This document shows, one piece after another, positions 36,558 to 50,116 of a stretch of 64,000 nt of DNA. This DNA comes from Takakia lepidozioides (Eukaryota > Plantae > Bryophyta). Where the stretch lies: contig CM060731.1 in the NCBI GenBank assembly GCA_030704615.1, forward strand, positions 80,910,001-80,974,000. The letters run 5' to 3'. The position numbers and the translations under genes are program-made. Positions within the stretch are counted from its first letter, which is position 1; every line of letters begins with the position of its first letter. The notes beneath the pieces were generated by a model that did no database searches, had not been told where the DNA came from, and worked only from the letters and a program-made list of their open reading frames with translations.

Positions 36558-37363
36558 TGTTATCAATTTTCCTTACCTTTTTACTGAAGCATCAGATTGC
36601 TTCAGTATCTACTAAGTTCCAATTAATCATGCATTCATTCCACAACTTCTCTCGTGTCTCTCTACACAGTATGTTTGTATCGATTCAGTATCGGATTAAG
36701 ATTAATCATGTATCATGCCTATGCCATGGTGTCTCTAATCTACCCTACTGTATAATTTTACAGCTTGTATGAATTAAGCCTCAATCAAGTCACCATCTCC
36801 TCTTTACCGTTTCCGCTCTCCGTTACGTCTCCTCCTTTCCTGAACAAGTCGCCCTCCCCAAGAAGTGATGCCCTTCCTATTGGCGCTCTGCTAATCTACC
36901 CGCAAGCTGTTCTAACCACCTAACTAACTAATCGTCACCCCTGAAGTAACACGTTCCCTCTGCAGATGTCGTTCCCACACAGTCGTTCCCTGTCAATGAT
37001 AACTGTTCCCCATGTATTGTGACAGACTGTGTCAAGCTGTGCCGAGCTGTGACTGGCTGTGTAAAGCTGTGTCGGGGCTGTGTCAGACTGTGTCTGGCTG
37101 TGATAGACTGTGACGGGCTGTGTAAAGCTGTGTCGGGCTGTGACTGGCTGTGCGAAGTTGTGTCGGGCTGTGACTGGCTCTGCGAAGCTTTGTCGGGCTG
37201 TGTAAAGCTGTGTCTGGCTGTGATAGACTGTGACGAGCTGTCTAACCCTCCTAAAGCCTGCTCCTGCCACCCCTAAGGCTCCTGTTGGTCTTAGTCTGCG
37301 CAAAAATTAAGGGTACCCCACAGAACCCGTAAAAGCATCTAAGTCCCAAGCAGCCCTCTAACA
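36558..37363 (-). mobile_element. 5' LTR (~806 bp) containing a CACAG minisatellite (37015..37240)
   Basis: TGTTAG...ATAACA on minus; homologous to 14916..15760. Confidence 0.75.
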
Positions 37364-38915
37364 AGTGGAGATAAGAAGAAGGTTTAGCAGGAGCGCTAAG
37401 TTGGCGGATAGCAAAGATGTTAGCCGGGAGGCGTGGAGGAGGGCGGCGCTTCGCCCTCATGGCGCGTACTCTCAGTGTGGGAGGGCAACTTTATAGGAGG
37501 GGATTTGATGGACTCTTGAGGCGATGCGTCACTCCAAAGGAGGTTCCCCATATTTTAGAGTCAGCTCATGACAGCATGTGCGGAGGACACTTTGCAGGGC
37601 GACTCACGGTCCAGAAGGCTTTGAGGGCAGGATATTACTGGCCCTCCATGTTCAAAGATACGCACATACATGTGTGAAAATGCGACTCTTGCCAGAGGTA
37701 CGCTAAAAGGGATAACAGGCTTGGAATGCCGTTAGTTCCCACTCTCCCCCTTGCTCCATTTGAGAAGTGGGGAATCGATTATGTAGGGGAAGTGCACCCC
37801 GCTTCAAGTCGACAAAATTGCTACATCATCGTAGCCACCAAGTATCTGACCAAGTGGGCAGAAGCCAAGGCGGTCAAGAGGGCCAACGCCCAGATAACCG
37901 CCTCTTTCATTTATGAAAATATTATTTCCCGATTCGGATGCCCTAAGGAGATAGTGAGTGACATGGGCTCTCACTTTATTAACGACGTCATCGAAGAAAT
38001 GATGGCAGCATTCTCCATCAAGCATCGCAAGGCTACCCCCTATCACCCTCAGACAAGTGGTCAAGTAGAGCGCGCCAACCAGACCTTGTGCAACATCCTC
38101 TCCAAAACAATTAGGGAGCACAAGCGGGACTGGGACACCAAGTTGATCTCAGCTTTGTGGGCGTTTTGCACTACACATAAGGTAACCATTGTATCATTAT
38201 TTTAGAATGAGCCTTACCACAGGGTAAATGTCTCGGTAGTTAGATTACTATAGATGTATTTGATTTATATTTGGAACTACTGCTGTCTTGCCTTCAGGAT
38301 GTGGGCTTCAGTGTGGAGTTCTTGGATGCCTCAAAAACTAAGCTGCCAATGCTTCCTTACCAACGCTATGAAGCACACCTGGTGTGTTTGCCTATCTTAT
38401 TATGTACCCTGGCGATCTCGTCACAAGGTTTTTGATATGTTGAAATGAATATGTAACACCTGTTATCCATAGGACAACATGCATTGAAGGGGCTCACAGT
38501 TCATTTGAGCTTACGGGGTGGAGTCCATTATGCCCATTGAAACAGAGATTCCCTCATTGCGACTGGCCATCACCGAGAGATTGGCAACATCCGAGTCCCT
38601 GAAAGAATGACTTGAGATGCTGGAGGGGTTAGACGAGCTTCGGCAGGCAGCAGCTCAACACATTGAGGCCGTCCAGCGAAGGAGGAATGCTCGGTTTGAC
38701 CTGAAGCGCAAAAAGAGGATTTTTGATCCAGGAGATCTGGTATTATTGTTTGACAGTCGGAACGAGGAATTCAAGGCCAAGTTCGACTCATACTAGATGG
38801 GGCCCTATCTCATCAAGACAGTCTTTGACAATGGCTCATTACAATTGGAGACACTGAGGGGAGTGGAGTTCCCCAATCGGGTGAACGGTGTCCGGTGCAA
38901 GCACTACTACATGTG
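37364..38915 (+). mobile_element. Integrase of a different Ty3/Gypsy element, interrupted by ~300 bp at ~38190..38488
   Basis: HDSMCGGHFAG...GYYWP, KWGIDYVGEV, TKWAEAK, SDMGSHF, TPYHPQTSGQVE; resumes GVESIMPIE...PGDLVLLFD...GPYL. Confidence 0.9.
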
Positions 38916-40460
38916 AGTTCCTTTAACCAATGAATTATTTCCCCCATTAAGGGAAAGGTGCTAAGGGAGATCTTAGTGGTCTTTGCCCTGTCGGGAGAGA
39001 TCTTTAGGATTTCTACCCGGTTTTTCGGAAGGAAATGTTGGTATTTCCTATCCATGATTCATTGGATTTTGGAGCTCCATAACAGGTGGAGTGCGGGGCA
39101 ACTAAGTTGCAATCATCCAACGAAACTTCTCTACTGGGAAGAGGGTAATAGGACTCTTACCCGTTAGGTTGTTGTACACCCTTTATTGGAGTTCCAAAGG
39201 TAGACCTTGGGATGCGGGGCAACCTCGTTGCAGTAAAGAGGTGATTTGTTTTCCACTTATATTTTGGGTAGTTATTGGAATTCACAAGGAAAGACCTTAG
39301 GATGCGGGGCACATAGAGTGCAATAATCCAACCCACGTTGTAGAATTAGAAATTGATTGATATGACATAAGCTATGAAAGCTATGACCATCCAACTGCCA
39401 ATGTAGAAGACTTCATACATCTTCGTTACTAATCACGTGTTGTGAGTTTCTCTATTTTCCTTCTTCACCAAGCGAAGAACCACAGGTGCAGGAATGGGAA
39501 CAATGGGATGGCTAATATATGCACTCTTGTTCAATGCACACTGTCGATCATTACTTGTCTTTTATCACAGAATATATCTGTGTTTGTGTTTGCTCAAAGT
39601 ATATCTCGAGAAAAAATAAGTGCTTGCTGCATCAAGCACTCCGCAGTATACTGATGCTCCCTGCATGGGGCACAGCGACTTCCCGCACGGTGATTCTAAC
39701 CTTAAACCTTTTGTCATTTTCACCTTGCCCCCCTGCAGCATTCCTCGAAGAGAGAGAAAAGTCAGAAGCAGTGAGGGGGTAAAAGGTGAGTTGTAGAGCA
39801 GTGGTTGCTGCTCCCCTCACATGAGTGAAGGATGTTCGGCACAGGAAAACCCAAAAGGGCCTGTGACCTTTTTAGCATTAGGATTAGCATATGTTGGTCC
39901 GTCTATTACCAGAGTGTGGTCCTCTGAGGTTCAGAAAGTATCCAATCTTTTTAGATGTCTCACCATGAACTCTGCGATCCTGCGAGTCATGAAGATAGTT
40001 ACTAGAGTGTGGTCCTTTGAGGTTCAGAATGTATCCAATCTTTTCCGTTAATGCGGGAGCTTCTCTTTAGCCCTCCCAGATGCTTCCTATTTAGGGCATT
40101 TAGGCCCGTCCGAGCTCGAGTCGAGGCCCTAGCATTTAGAACCAAAGTCCTTCCAAGGCTGTGTTAGAATAGGATTATCAAATTGCACCGTGCATATCTC
40201 TCTTGCAACATCTAGGGGATTCGAACCCAGTCCGGTGGGGGAGAATGGCGGTTTTGAAGTATTTTTTTTATCTTTGAACAACTCTCTCCGAAGAAGGCGA
40301 GTCGGGTGGTTTTGAAGTATTTTTTGGTTTTTTCTTTTAATTTTTTCCCTCCTCTCTCCCGGAAGACTTGAACTCTCTCCGAAGAGGGAGAGCCGAAGAC
40401 AAATTACTCTTCATCTTTTTCATGTCACTTAAGAGAGTCGTTGACTCCAAGGGATATTAG

Positions 40461-42024
40461 TGATACCCTAGTATGGGGATTGTGCGAACCAGAGATTCTG
40501 AGTTCTTTTATACTCGGGGCGAGTGTTCCCCATTGGTCGCCATATATGTAGATGCATATATTGGTACATATTTATTTTCAGATCGTTTTTGATCTTAAGG
40601 CAGACAGTTTAGGCATTGTACTGCCAAAGCAGGGCAGTTTGCGAGTTATCTAGGAATCGCTGGTAAAGCACGTAGGAATTTAGATTATGTCTGAGACGAC
40701 CATGGAGGAGCTCTGGCGTTAAAATGACCATAGGGAGTTGCATCGACAACGAGTTAGGCTGCCAATTCGGTACCAGTAACGACAACATGCACCTGTTCGA
40801 AACAATACATGATGACTGTTCCAGTCCCGGATTGCAATCTCTCTATTCTTCCACCTTTCAAGCCAGTAGGAGCACGCGGCGAGGAGTCTTGGCAATTGGA
40901 GGAAACAATCTGTACAACGATGAAATATCGCGACAAAGCAAGTGCTGCATCGGAGCAAATGACGGGTGAAGGAGCTTCCCGACGAAGTTTTAAACTCCTC
41001 AGCGATGCAAAGTGTGTAGGAGGAAACTCCAGATGATCTGTGACCCAGTGGCAGGGCCAAAGACCCCCTGGGGGCACCACCAGTATTTTTACTGCCAGGA
41101 AGCGGCAGATTGTCTGTATGGCGAAACCATGGAAACCAACCAAAGGTGTGGATTTTCTTCCCCGATTCCCTTGAGATTTTGTGGGCAGCTACGGGGCATC
41201 CAATTATAATTTGTCACCAAGTTTGAGGATTTTGGAGGTGATGAGAGACGACATCACATTATCACTCCGGAGGCAGTTGCGAAAAGGCGATTTAATGGAA
41301 TTCTAGTTCATCCAATGGATGAAATCTAGAAATTCGACCTGCAAGCTGGAGGGATGAAAAGACAACCTAGCGCCAACTGGTCATCCATTGGATGGATGAA
41401 AAACCAGATTTATCATTAACACCAAGGTTTTCCATCCGTGGTTATTATTCTATGGGTGTTCTATCGTTTTTAAATTATAGATTCATGTAGGAAATAATAG
41501 TTTAAGACTATCCTTCACTAGTTTAAGAGGCCCCAAAAACACAATAAAAGAAGAGCAAGCTCTTCTTGTTCTTCAATCTAGTCTCATTTCCTTGTTTTGG
41601 CCTCTTGCTTGTGTAGTTAGTTTTGAGCTTGAGGGAGCTAGTTCCTAGAGAGTTGAGCTTGTGGCTCTCTAGTATTAGAAGCAAGCATAGTGAGAGAAGG
41701 ATAGTCCTAGCTCAAGGCCTTGTGGCCATTTGAGGCAAGAAGTAGAGGAAGCGCTCCATGAAGTGGGAAACTTGAGGACGAGTAGGAGTGAGCCGGAGGA
41801 GGACCAAGCTTGAGTACCATTCTACTGAGCGATTTAGTGCATCCCAAGCACCACTTGTTTCAGAGGGTGACTTACCATACATTCTTGACCTTTGAATTCA
41901 TTCATTTCATTTGTTGTTCAAACTTTGTCCAAGGAAAAAAACTTATAAGCATTGTTTGCTAAAAATCTATAAAAACTAACCCTCTTTCAAAGAGGAGGTG
42001 TGTGCATGAAGAGCACAGGTATCA
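40461..42024 (+). mobile_element. Solo-LTR-like repeat (~1.56 kb) with TGATACC...GGTATCA termini
   Basis: 7-bp perfect terminal inverted repeat and a second partial copy at 6283..7055. Flanking 5-mers (ATTAG/CTACG) do not match. Confidence 0.6.
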
Positions 42025-45000
42025 CTACGCCAAATCATGGTTTTTTTTACTTTTTTTTTTGGAGAGTCATGGTTTTCATGACTCAAACCATGATTCAAAG
42101 TGGGACAGGCACGAAGAAGTCATGGATATGCCTAAAAAAGGTTGGGTATATGACTAAACGACTCCGTCAAGTTTGGAATTCAGGTCAACGTGGTTTGACC
42201 AAAGAAGAGTAGTGATCATAAGTCACACGTATGCCTTTAAAGGGTAACGAAGCTGACTCTAGAGATTTTGGAGCGTGGTCAAACGTTGTTGACTATGGAT
42301 AATGTCGCGGTGTAGTTGTCTGCATGACTCTTATTTGGTGTCCCAATTAATGATAGATATTATTTAGTATAAATGCGGAAAAACAAAAACACATTGGATG
42401 ATTGAAGCGATGTCCGTCACGTGGCATAATCTGCTGCCAAGGAATGTGGAATTTAGAGCAGGCGGAAGAATATTCCTATATGCATACTACAGAGCGTTAG
42501 CTTACATAATCAGATTACAATGGTTTTTTAAGCCATCGATGATCAATGTCATCGACTGCCCCAATTGATCTGCACTATGAGTCGTTAGATCAATCGCGGA
42601 AATTTCACGGCTCAGCAGAGCTCATCTATTTATCGTTGTTTGATGCCGCCTGTCCTATTGAGAAGCCCAATCGTTAGAGTCTATGCTACTGAGGAAATGC
42701 CACTTATAGAAGGAGGCTGACCACTTTGCTTCTTCGATCTGAGTCTCATGGTAAGGTTTTTTTGGCTGGTCAGTCACTCGACGCATAGTCTAGAGTCTTT
42801 ATTTTTCTCCTTGGTGGAGTTTTTCCCCTTGATTCAAGCATAGTGCAAGTCTGCCATCTTCATTCTGCTTTCTCTCACAGGGTATTAATTAATGTCGGTT
42901 GAATTCCATTACATATGTATTCATTCTCTACGCACGCTCAAAACGCTGAAAAGCGGGAGTGTAGCAAGCTACGCCACTCCAAGTCGAGGAGGAAAAACAA
43001 ATTCTATTGTTGCTAGTGTATCAGGACTGTGTACATGTATATTGAACAAAATAAATGAACTCGAAATATAGATGGCACAAACACTGCTGATAGAATATGA
43101 TTGTCAGTAGTCCGACCAGATCACGGAGCATTGAACACTGAGAATAACATGTGTGAGGAATAATTGGCAACCATTCTCCTAATTGAATTTTTAATCGCAA
43201 AACCACAGAGCCATAGCAAATGGGGAAACGAGATTGCACAGAAGGATAATATCTGCAAGTCACTGAATGGCCAACCAGATAGGTCCGAGTCAAAAGTACA
43301 GTTTCAAGTGTTGTACAATCCAGCAGCTGCTGCTCAGTTTTCCCCCCAGTATGACAGGCCACTATCTGCCAGAAGGTAAAATATCCCCAATCGAATTGGC
43401 GGCTCCAAATACCAAGACGACAAACAAACACGAGCTTATGCCAACAGGGACTTACCTTCACATAAGGATTCACTTGCATGCAGAGAAACATCTATGAAGC
43501 AAAGTTGAGAGAGCTTGGAGACCACAACCGTCAAGGGCGCCAACTAACTACAAGTCTATATCAGGTAGATTGTCTTCATCCTCACTGCTTGAAGTTGAAT
43601 GTTCCTCACAGTTTGCTTCTTGTGCAGGCACCTTTGTATTCCCAATGGGGGTCTTGAACAGAGCTTCCATGGCTTTTTCAGTGCCCTCTATTGTAAGGAC
43701 AGGGCGAGTACATGGTTGTCCACCAATTCGAACATCATCAATGAGCCGAATGGGAGCTGACATGCCACTGCTATCTGTATTGTCCAATAGTGATGTTGAC
43801 ACATCATGCACCACTCTCAGCGATCGTGGATTCTTCTCCAACACAACCTTCCATCCTTTTTCTTGCACACAATCTGAAAAAAAAAACCTGTTCATCTTGT
43901 GATGGAAACAAGCAGGGTTGATCATTAGCCGGTAACATGTGTTTGAAATTAACTAGGGTAAACCCAAACTCATCCTTCTTCATGGAGGCATTCCTCCCCA
44001 CAATTTTTGCACAAACCCACCCACAAACGAAGATGACAACTTTAGTTTTGCCATACTCCATTTGCAATATTTCCCACATAGCGCACTTGACAGTCCTCAT
44101 GTTCAAAGATAGAACTCACCCCACTGTCATATGTGACCAACTGGTTAGATCGGACTATGCTGGCCCTGTAGTGGTTCCCATACGCACTCAGTCCCTTGAA
44201 GGATACTGCATTCACAGACGGGGGTCTTGACAAATCAATCACTTCCTCCAAGAGCGCCTCATCATCCCTCATTCCTGCAGCCACATCATCTTCTACAGCC
44301 TGAGCCAACCAAGATTGAAAATGAGGCAGTAATTGCAAATGCGTAGGATATTCTGTGTTCTCAACGTTGTGACCAGGCTCCACGTTGCCAAGTACCTCTC
44401 CCCAAAAAGCAAACCGACCTGATTCCACATCTGCTTGGGCTTTTTCATACTTCCTGCAACCGAGAGTACAAATTTTGTAAATTAACTGTCACTGTCCACC
44501 ATGAAATGAAATTCATACACATGCAAACTTGCCAAAAAGTGCTAAGGAACAGTACTCACTCAATCCAAGGAGCTATGCTCGTGTGGTTGTTAATGACATA
44601 ATCGTGAATTAGACTGCGCAAATCCACATCCAATTTGTGAGTTCTGCCAGCGCCTTCGAGGACCTCCCCAGCCACTCCCTCCACTCCCTCGTCCTCATCG
44701 GCATCCCAAATTCGCCTCCTGGTTGCGGGGAAATCTGCCATGGACTCGGTACAAAACCCTAGTGCCTCATCCAACACATACCCTTCTGCCATGGAGCCTT
44801 CAGGTTTTGCCTTATTACGAACATATCCCTTGAGGTTTTTCATTGGCCTCTCCACCGGATACATCCACCTCGTGTTTACAGGTCCACAGATAGCCAACTC
44901 ATCAACCAAGTGTACCAGCAGGTGAGTCATGACATCAAAGAGCGAAGGTGGAAACTCTTTTTCTAGGAGACACGACGTGATGACAACCTCTTCACGTAGA

Positions 45001-48000
45001 GAGTGCATATCTGCAGGATCTACAACCTTGCAACAAAGTTTCCTGAAAACTCTTGACACTCGCATTATGGCGCGTCGTGGACCAGGTTCCATCAAACCAT
45101 GTAGACACAACGGAAGGATTTGTTGCATTAGTGTGTGATAATCATGACTCTTCAAATACGTCAACTTTCCATCCTCCACGTGTTTTTTGTATGCAGATGC
45201 ATACCCGGTGGGCACCTTCAACGATGACAGAGTCTTCAAAAATGATTTATGCTCCTCTGCACTCAAGACGTAAGGGGCTGCTAGCATTAACACCGTATTT
45301 GCTCTGCTTCCATGGGGTCGCACCCACAAGTCCTGCCGGATCACATCTCGTTCCAAATCCCTCCTAGATTTCAAAGTGTATTTTTCTCCAAGGATAGTCT
45401 TCACTATGTTTTCACAGAGGTTTTTCTCGCAATGCATAGGGTCCAGTGTGTGTTGAATGAGGAGATCCTACACATAGATGCAAAACGTGTACAACCATTA
45501 GACAAATGCGACAATTCCTGAAGAGATCAAATCATCAGTAAAGGAGACCAGGGCTTGAATGACAGGCAAATGCATGTTGATCTTGAAAGCCGAATGTTTA
45601 CCTTCCAGTAAGGTAGGTCGAATAGACACGTCCGTCGTTTCACCCCATTAGCTTTGGAAGGATCTGGTACTGTGGATGTTCGGCCTCTGGCTCTCCCATT
45701 GCCTACAACAACCCATTCTACATACTGTATGGCAAACCTTTCGATATCAGCTGCTGTCACAGTGGGGGGAGCTGACCTCTGTTCCGTGAAGCCATTGAAG
45801 CTTTTTGACCTTATGTATGCATGGTTGCAGGGAAGGTACTTGCGGTGACCTGCAAATATATATTTTTGGCTATGATGCAAATAACGCGAGTCCACATTTG
45901 GGCCACATTTGGGACATCCTGCGTATCCTTTTGTCACCTGGCTAGCCAACAACCCATACGTAGGGAAAGTCGTGAATGCTCCACATCAACATAGCCCGTA
46001 GCTGAAAATCTCTCTGAAATCGGGGGGTTAGACACATCGTGTGCCATTACGCCTGTGCTCCACAAAATTTGCAGCTCGTCCACCAATGGTGCCATGTACA
46101 TTATGTTTGCACTTGTTACTGATTCTTTGCCTGGTATCAACAATGCCATCACGGTGAAGAATTTTTTTGTTGTCAACCATGGCGGTAAATTGTAATTAAA
46201 CAATAGAACTGGCCATGTTGACCATGTTGTCGATCGTTGGCCGAATGGATTCACACCATCCAAAGCAAGGCCTAGGCGTACATTGCGAGGTTCAGCTGCA
46301 AAGTCTGGCCATATACTGTCAATGTGACTCCAGGCCTTTGAGTCTGCGGGATGCCGAACCAGACCATCAGTACTGGTGTTCTTATGATGCCATGTCAATA
46401 GCTCGGCAATACTCTTGCATCTGTACAACCTTTGTAATTGCGGTATGAGGGGGAAATGACGTACACCAAATACCTGGAGCTGTTACATTTAGGACAGGTA
46501 AGTGAATCCTTAAGCGCCCCTCTAAACAGTACACAGCCTTTCTCACAAGCATGATGGTCGAGTACGCCAATCCCAATCGGGAAATCAATTTCTTGGCCTC
46601 ATAATGCGAGACTGGTAGGGTGTTCCCATGAGGTAAAATGGAGTTCTTCAGCAGAGACAAGAGCTCATCAACAAATGAGTTGGAGCAACCGTGTGTTGCG
46701 CATGCGTTCAAGATCATCAACGTTGCAGAAAGACGATTGTGCTTACTGCCACTGTATAATTTGATTTTTGATTCTTCCATCAGTTTTTGATGTTGGGGAT
46801 CCACAAATGCTCCATCCATCTGTCTTGGATCTAGATCTGAACCCATGTCATCTCATCAAAATCGTCTTCACTCATGTCGTTCTCATCAGAATCGCCTTCA
46901 CTCATGTCAAATTGAAATGGTTGCTCTTCATTCACATTGTTTGTTTCATTCTGCTGATTGCATTCTCCTCTTTCGAAGGCCTCTTGCAGTGCTCTGGCAA
47001 TATCCAATCCCACGTTGTCGTCTGATGCGTCCAACTCAATGTCATTGTCAATGGATTTTGCCCCAGCCAGGGAGCCCGTAGAGTAGTCCCCATTTGAGGA
47101 CTCATCAGAAAATTGCTCCCCTTCATCCTGTCAATTAAACCAATGCTATCGTCAATGTTTCCTATACTTCAGTACATATAAGATAGTATTTGCAATTCCA
47201 TGTTTTATTTTTAAAAACCAGTGCATGATCGATCGACATTATAAGGGAAATCGACATGACTCAAAACGGTCATGCGAATGTTAGTTTTAGTCATGGTGCG
47301 CCGTACCTGCATAGTGCGAGTCTGGCGCAAGTACGGGTCCCTGCCATAGTTTAGCATGTGAGACTTGACAGTAGCTCTTAGTAGTGGCTTCCCTCCGTGG
47401 CACACGCAGCAGCAAACACCGTAGTTTTTTCCATCCCTGTCGTCTGGCAAGGGCATCCTCCTTAAGTGCGCATCTCTCCTTCTAAGTCTTGCTTCTGCTA
47501 ACACTCTACCTGAAAAATATGGTTGCCTGTACATGATTGGTAGCTGTAGGCGAGGAATAGTGGCAATATTGGTTTTGGGCGCGTAAGTTGTCTCGCGCAC
47601 ACTGCACACTGTCGTCACCGAATGGCCCATGGAAGTTGCTCAACTCTCACGGCTTACGAGGTGGAAAGGGCAGCCAATGTAGCGGAGGTGAAAGCAAAGT
47701 TCAAAGAACTGGGACTAGCCACATTGGCAGCAGAGTAAGCTAGGGGGCCAAGACTCACCGCGACTCATCACCGGGAGTCGAGGGTCTTCGTGGTGGTTCG
47801 CCATAAAATGGCAGGGTTGTTTGTGAAACCCCCGCGGACAGTCACAAAAGTATATATAGGGAGTAGTAACCCCGAGAACGGTGCAAGCCCGTTGGTGACC
47901 AAAAACTAGTGAGTAAGCGAGCGAGCCGGAAAGCGACCAAGGAGTGGGGAGCTATTCCGGACTGCCATCTACCAAAGGGAATTTCCACTAGGCCCAAATT

Positions 48001-48730
48001 GGTGGAGGGTCTTTTGGAAGAGTAAAGGGGGACCGTTATGTCCCGGTGAGTAGCCGAAGCTCCGAGTTGGCCCGGCGGCCAGGTTGGGAGTTAGGCGCGT
48101 GCATCGAAGTGAGTAACTATGACTTGAAGGGGAGCTTACCGAAGTGAGGTGCGCGACACGCACGTGGCGGGCGATTAGGGTTGGGGGATCACTCACGATC
48201 CGGAAGGGGGATCAAGGCACGTCGGGGGAGCGGCGACGTCTCGGGGGAGCGGGCCGTGGATGGGAGGAGGGGATCGACGGCGGGGGCGCACGTGGCGATG
48301 GACGCGTCATGGGGCCTTCATCTGGACGTCATCCATTTAATTGAGGTTGGATGGATGGGGAGGGGATCGACGGTTCAGGGGAGCGCCACGTGGCTGGAGA
48401 TGGGGGTGGGGGATCACTTCGGCACTGGACGGGGATCAATCCGGCGAGGGGATCCACAGCGGAGGGCCGCCACGTGGCTGGAGATCGGGCGGTGTTGTGG
48501 GGCGCCGCGTGGCCAGCGGTGGGGCGGGGGTCAGGGTCCCGGGCGGGGGGGGTGGGTGTGGGGGTGAGGGGGCGCGGGGAGCAGCGGGCGGAGGAATCGG
48601 AGGGGGGTGGGGATGATTTGACATGGGGCGTCCAGCTCGACAAGGCTGCCGGAGCGGGAACCCGCGGGCCATACTTGTCAGCTCATACGCTTGCAATAAA
48701 ATCAAGCCACATCCATATTGGGACAGGCCA
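42023..48730 (-). mobile_element. CACTA/EnSpm DNA transposon (one end visible)
   Basis: CACTACGCCAAATC terminus at 42023 followed by GAGTCAT/ATGACTC subterminal repeats; TnpD transposase inside; GC-rich array 47950..48700. Confidence 0.8.
43548..47530 (-). pseudogene. EnSpm/CACTA TnpD transposase (Transposase_21, DUF4218, DUF4216-like regions), frameshifted
   Basis: RHPADSKAW..IDSIWPDFAAEPRNVRLGLALDGVNPFG..STWPVLLFNYNLPPW; MHCEKNLCENI; LKSHDYH; FPPSLFDVMTHLLVHL..RWMYPVER..LKGYVRNKAKPEGSMAEGY; KDEFGFTLVN. Confidence 0.95.
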
Positions 48731-48963
48731 TTATCTAGTACATAATAAGCAAGAAATAATCAAGAAATAAGCAAGACTACATGATTAGCATTGACACATG
48801 TAAGGTCCCTTTACTAGAATTTTTCCATTGACTCCAACATGATGCATAATCTCTCTTCTAGATAAGAGAGCCAACAATATGCTAACCTTCACATAAATTC
48901 CACTTGTTTTGACAAAAATTCGCATTTTATTTCATTCTTTGAGGGCACGTCTTACAAAGATTT

Positions 48964-49208
48964 AAAAAAAAAGAAGAAGAATAAAATAAAGGGGAAACAC
49001 CTGGGAGCGACAGCTCACAAATCAGGCCCCTTGATAGAGAGAGGAGAAAATAACCTCTCAGTAACCTCGCCGTAAGGCTTTCAGATGCGACACCGCGCAG
49101 GGAAGGGGGAGAAGAGCGTACCACACCCGTCAAGTAGCAGGATTTGACCCCAGGGTCATCCGGATGGCACTCAGTGCACTTTACCAACTGAGCCTACTGA
49201 CTGTTGGT
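48964..49208 (-). mobile_element. Full-length tRNA-derived SINE (~220 bp plus T-rich tail)
   Basis: Minus strand accaacagtcagtaggctcagttggtaaagtgcac...ggggtcaaatcctgctac...gtcgctcccaggtgtttcccc followed by tttattttattcttcttctttttttt. Confidence 0.8.
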
Positions 49209-50116
49209 AACTTTTTGATAAAGTGAAAGAGAACCAAACGCCTATATGTTTGACCTAACCTATCATGAAAAGAGAAGAAGGTTGACTCACGTCCAAACAA
49301 GCGATGTCACTTCACCTCGAAGGACTAACTACTTTTTGTTTGGTAGGTGGCCACACGAGGGGAACACAATTGCCCAAACCTTTCCCAATGACTTGAAAGT
49401 CCCCAAGTATTCACTCTCCACCAGCTGTCTGGTTGATCTAGCAACTTGTTTCATAGGTTGGTTGGTTTACTTGGTTATGGTGTGACTTTGTGATGTGGCA
49501 ACTATTTATAAAGACCACCTTTTGTTTTAATTGTCCTTTCTATGTTGACCTCTTATCCCCCTATGACGTCAATAGTCCACGGGTTTGACTATGCCATCCT
49601 AAGTGATCAAATGAGGGGACGGTTTCACCCACACAGATACCAGAGGGAACAACCGGGGATCTCAACTTGACGGTGTAGAGCAGGAACATAAATACCTGCT
49701 ATTCAAAGTCACATATATTTCATCACAGACACCAACCGGTTCCATTGAATTAAATCATCAAGCTGTAAGTTGATGATTATTCTTCACTTATCTTAAGACT
49801 TCTCCCTTGCCATCCACCATGAAAGGAGGCCCAAGATCAAACCATGATGTGGATTCCTTCCAATGTAGACCGATGCATATATCAATTCTGGAATTGGGTA
49901 TCATTCAAGTCATCAATACTCAGAACCGGCAGATATTATATGTGGAGCGGCGAGGTTACTTTGGACCAGGTTATTTTCTTCTCTCACTATTATTAACCTT
50001 AATCTCCCAGGTGGTTTTGAACTTTTTTTGGTACCTTGCTGCACTAAAATCAGTGCAACTACCTACCACCATTTCATCCAATACAATCCAACCATAAAAT
50101 TAAGCCTAGTTTACAC

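Larger units (their letters stand above)
29854..37363 (-). mobile_element. Near-complete non-chromovirus Ty3/Gypsy element: LTR, extra ORF, gag (CCHC), protease, RT, RNase H, integrase; 3' LTR not found
   Basis: CYYCNQAGHRKAAC (33801..34094); VLIDGGSGVN (~33290); RT 31752..32411 (FLDD); RNase H 31310..31546 ([10 protein letters not shown]); integrase 30428..31300 and 29983..30387. Multiple frameshifts. Confidence 0.93.

Noticed and set aside
39085-39312. Three GATGCGGGGC-like repeats resembling a tRNA-Ala PBS
   Set aside because: Imperfect, repeated and located downstream of integrase; better explained as 3' UTR repeats.
42023-42214. CACTAC...GTAGTG as a 190-bp mini-CACTA
   Set aside because: Complementarity of the ends stops after 6 bp internally, and the 3-bp flanks (TAT/ATC) differ.
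43021-43497. Short ORFs on both strands inside the CACTA element
   Set aside because: No motif or splice support; cannot be called captured genes.
49130-49208. tRNA gene
   Set aside because: A/B boxes are present but there is no proper cloverleaf; it continues into the repeated SINE body.
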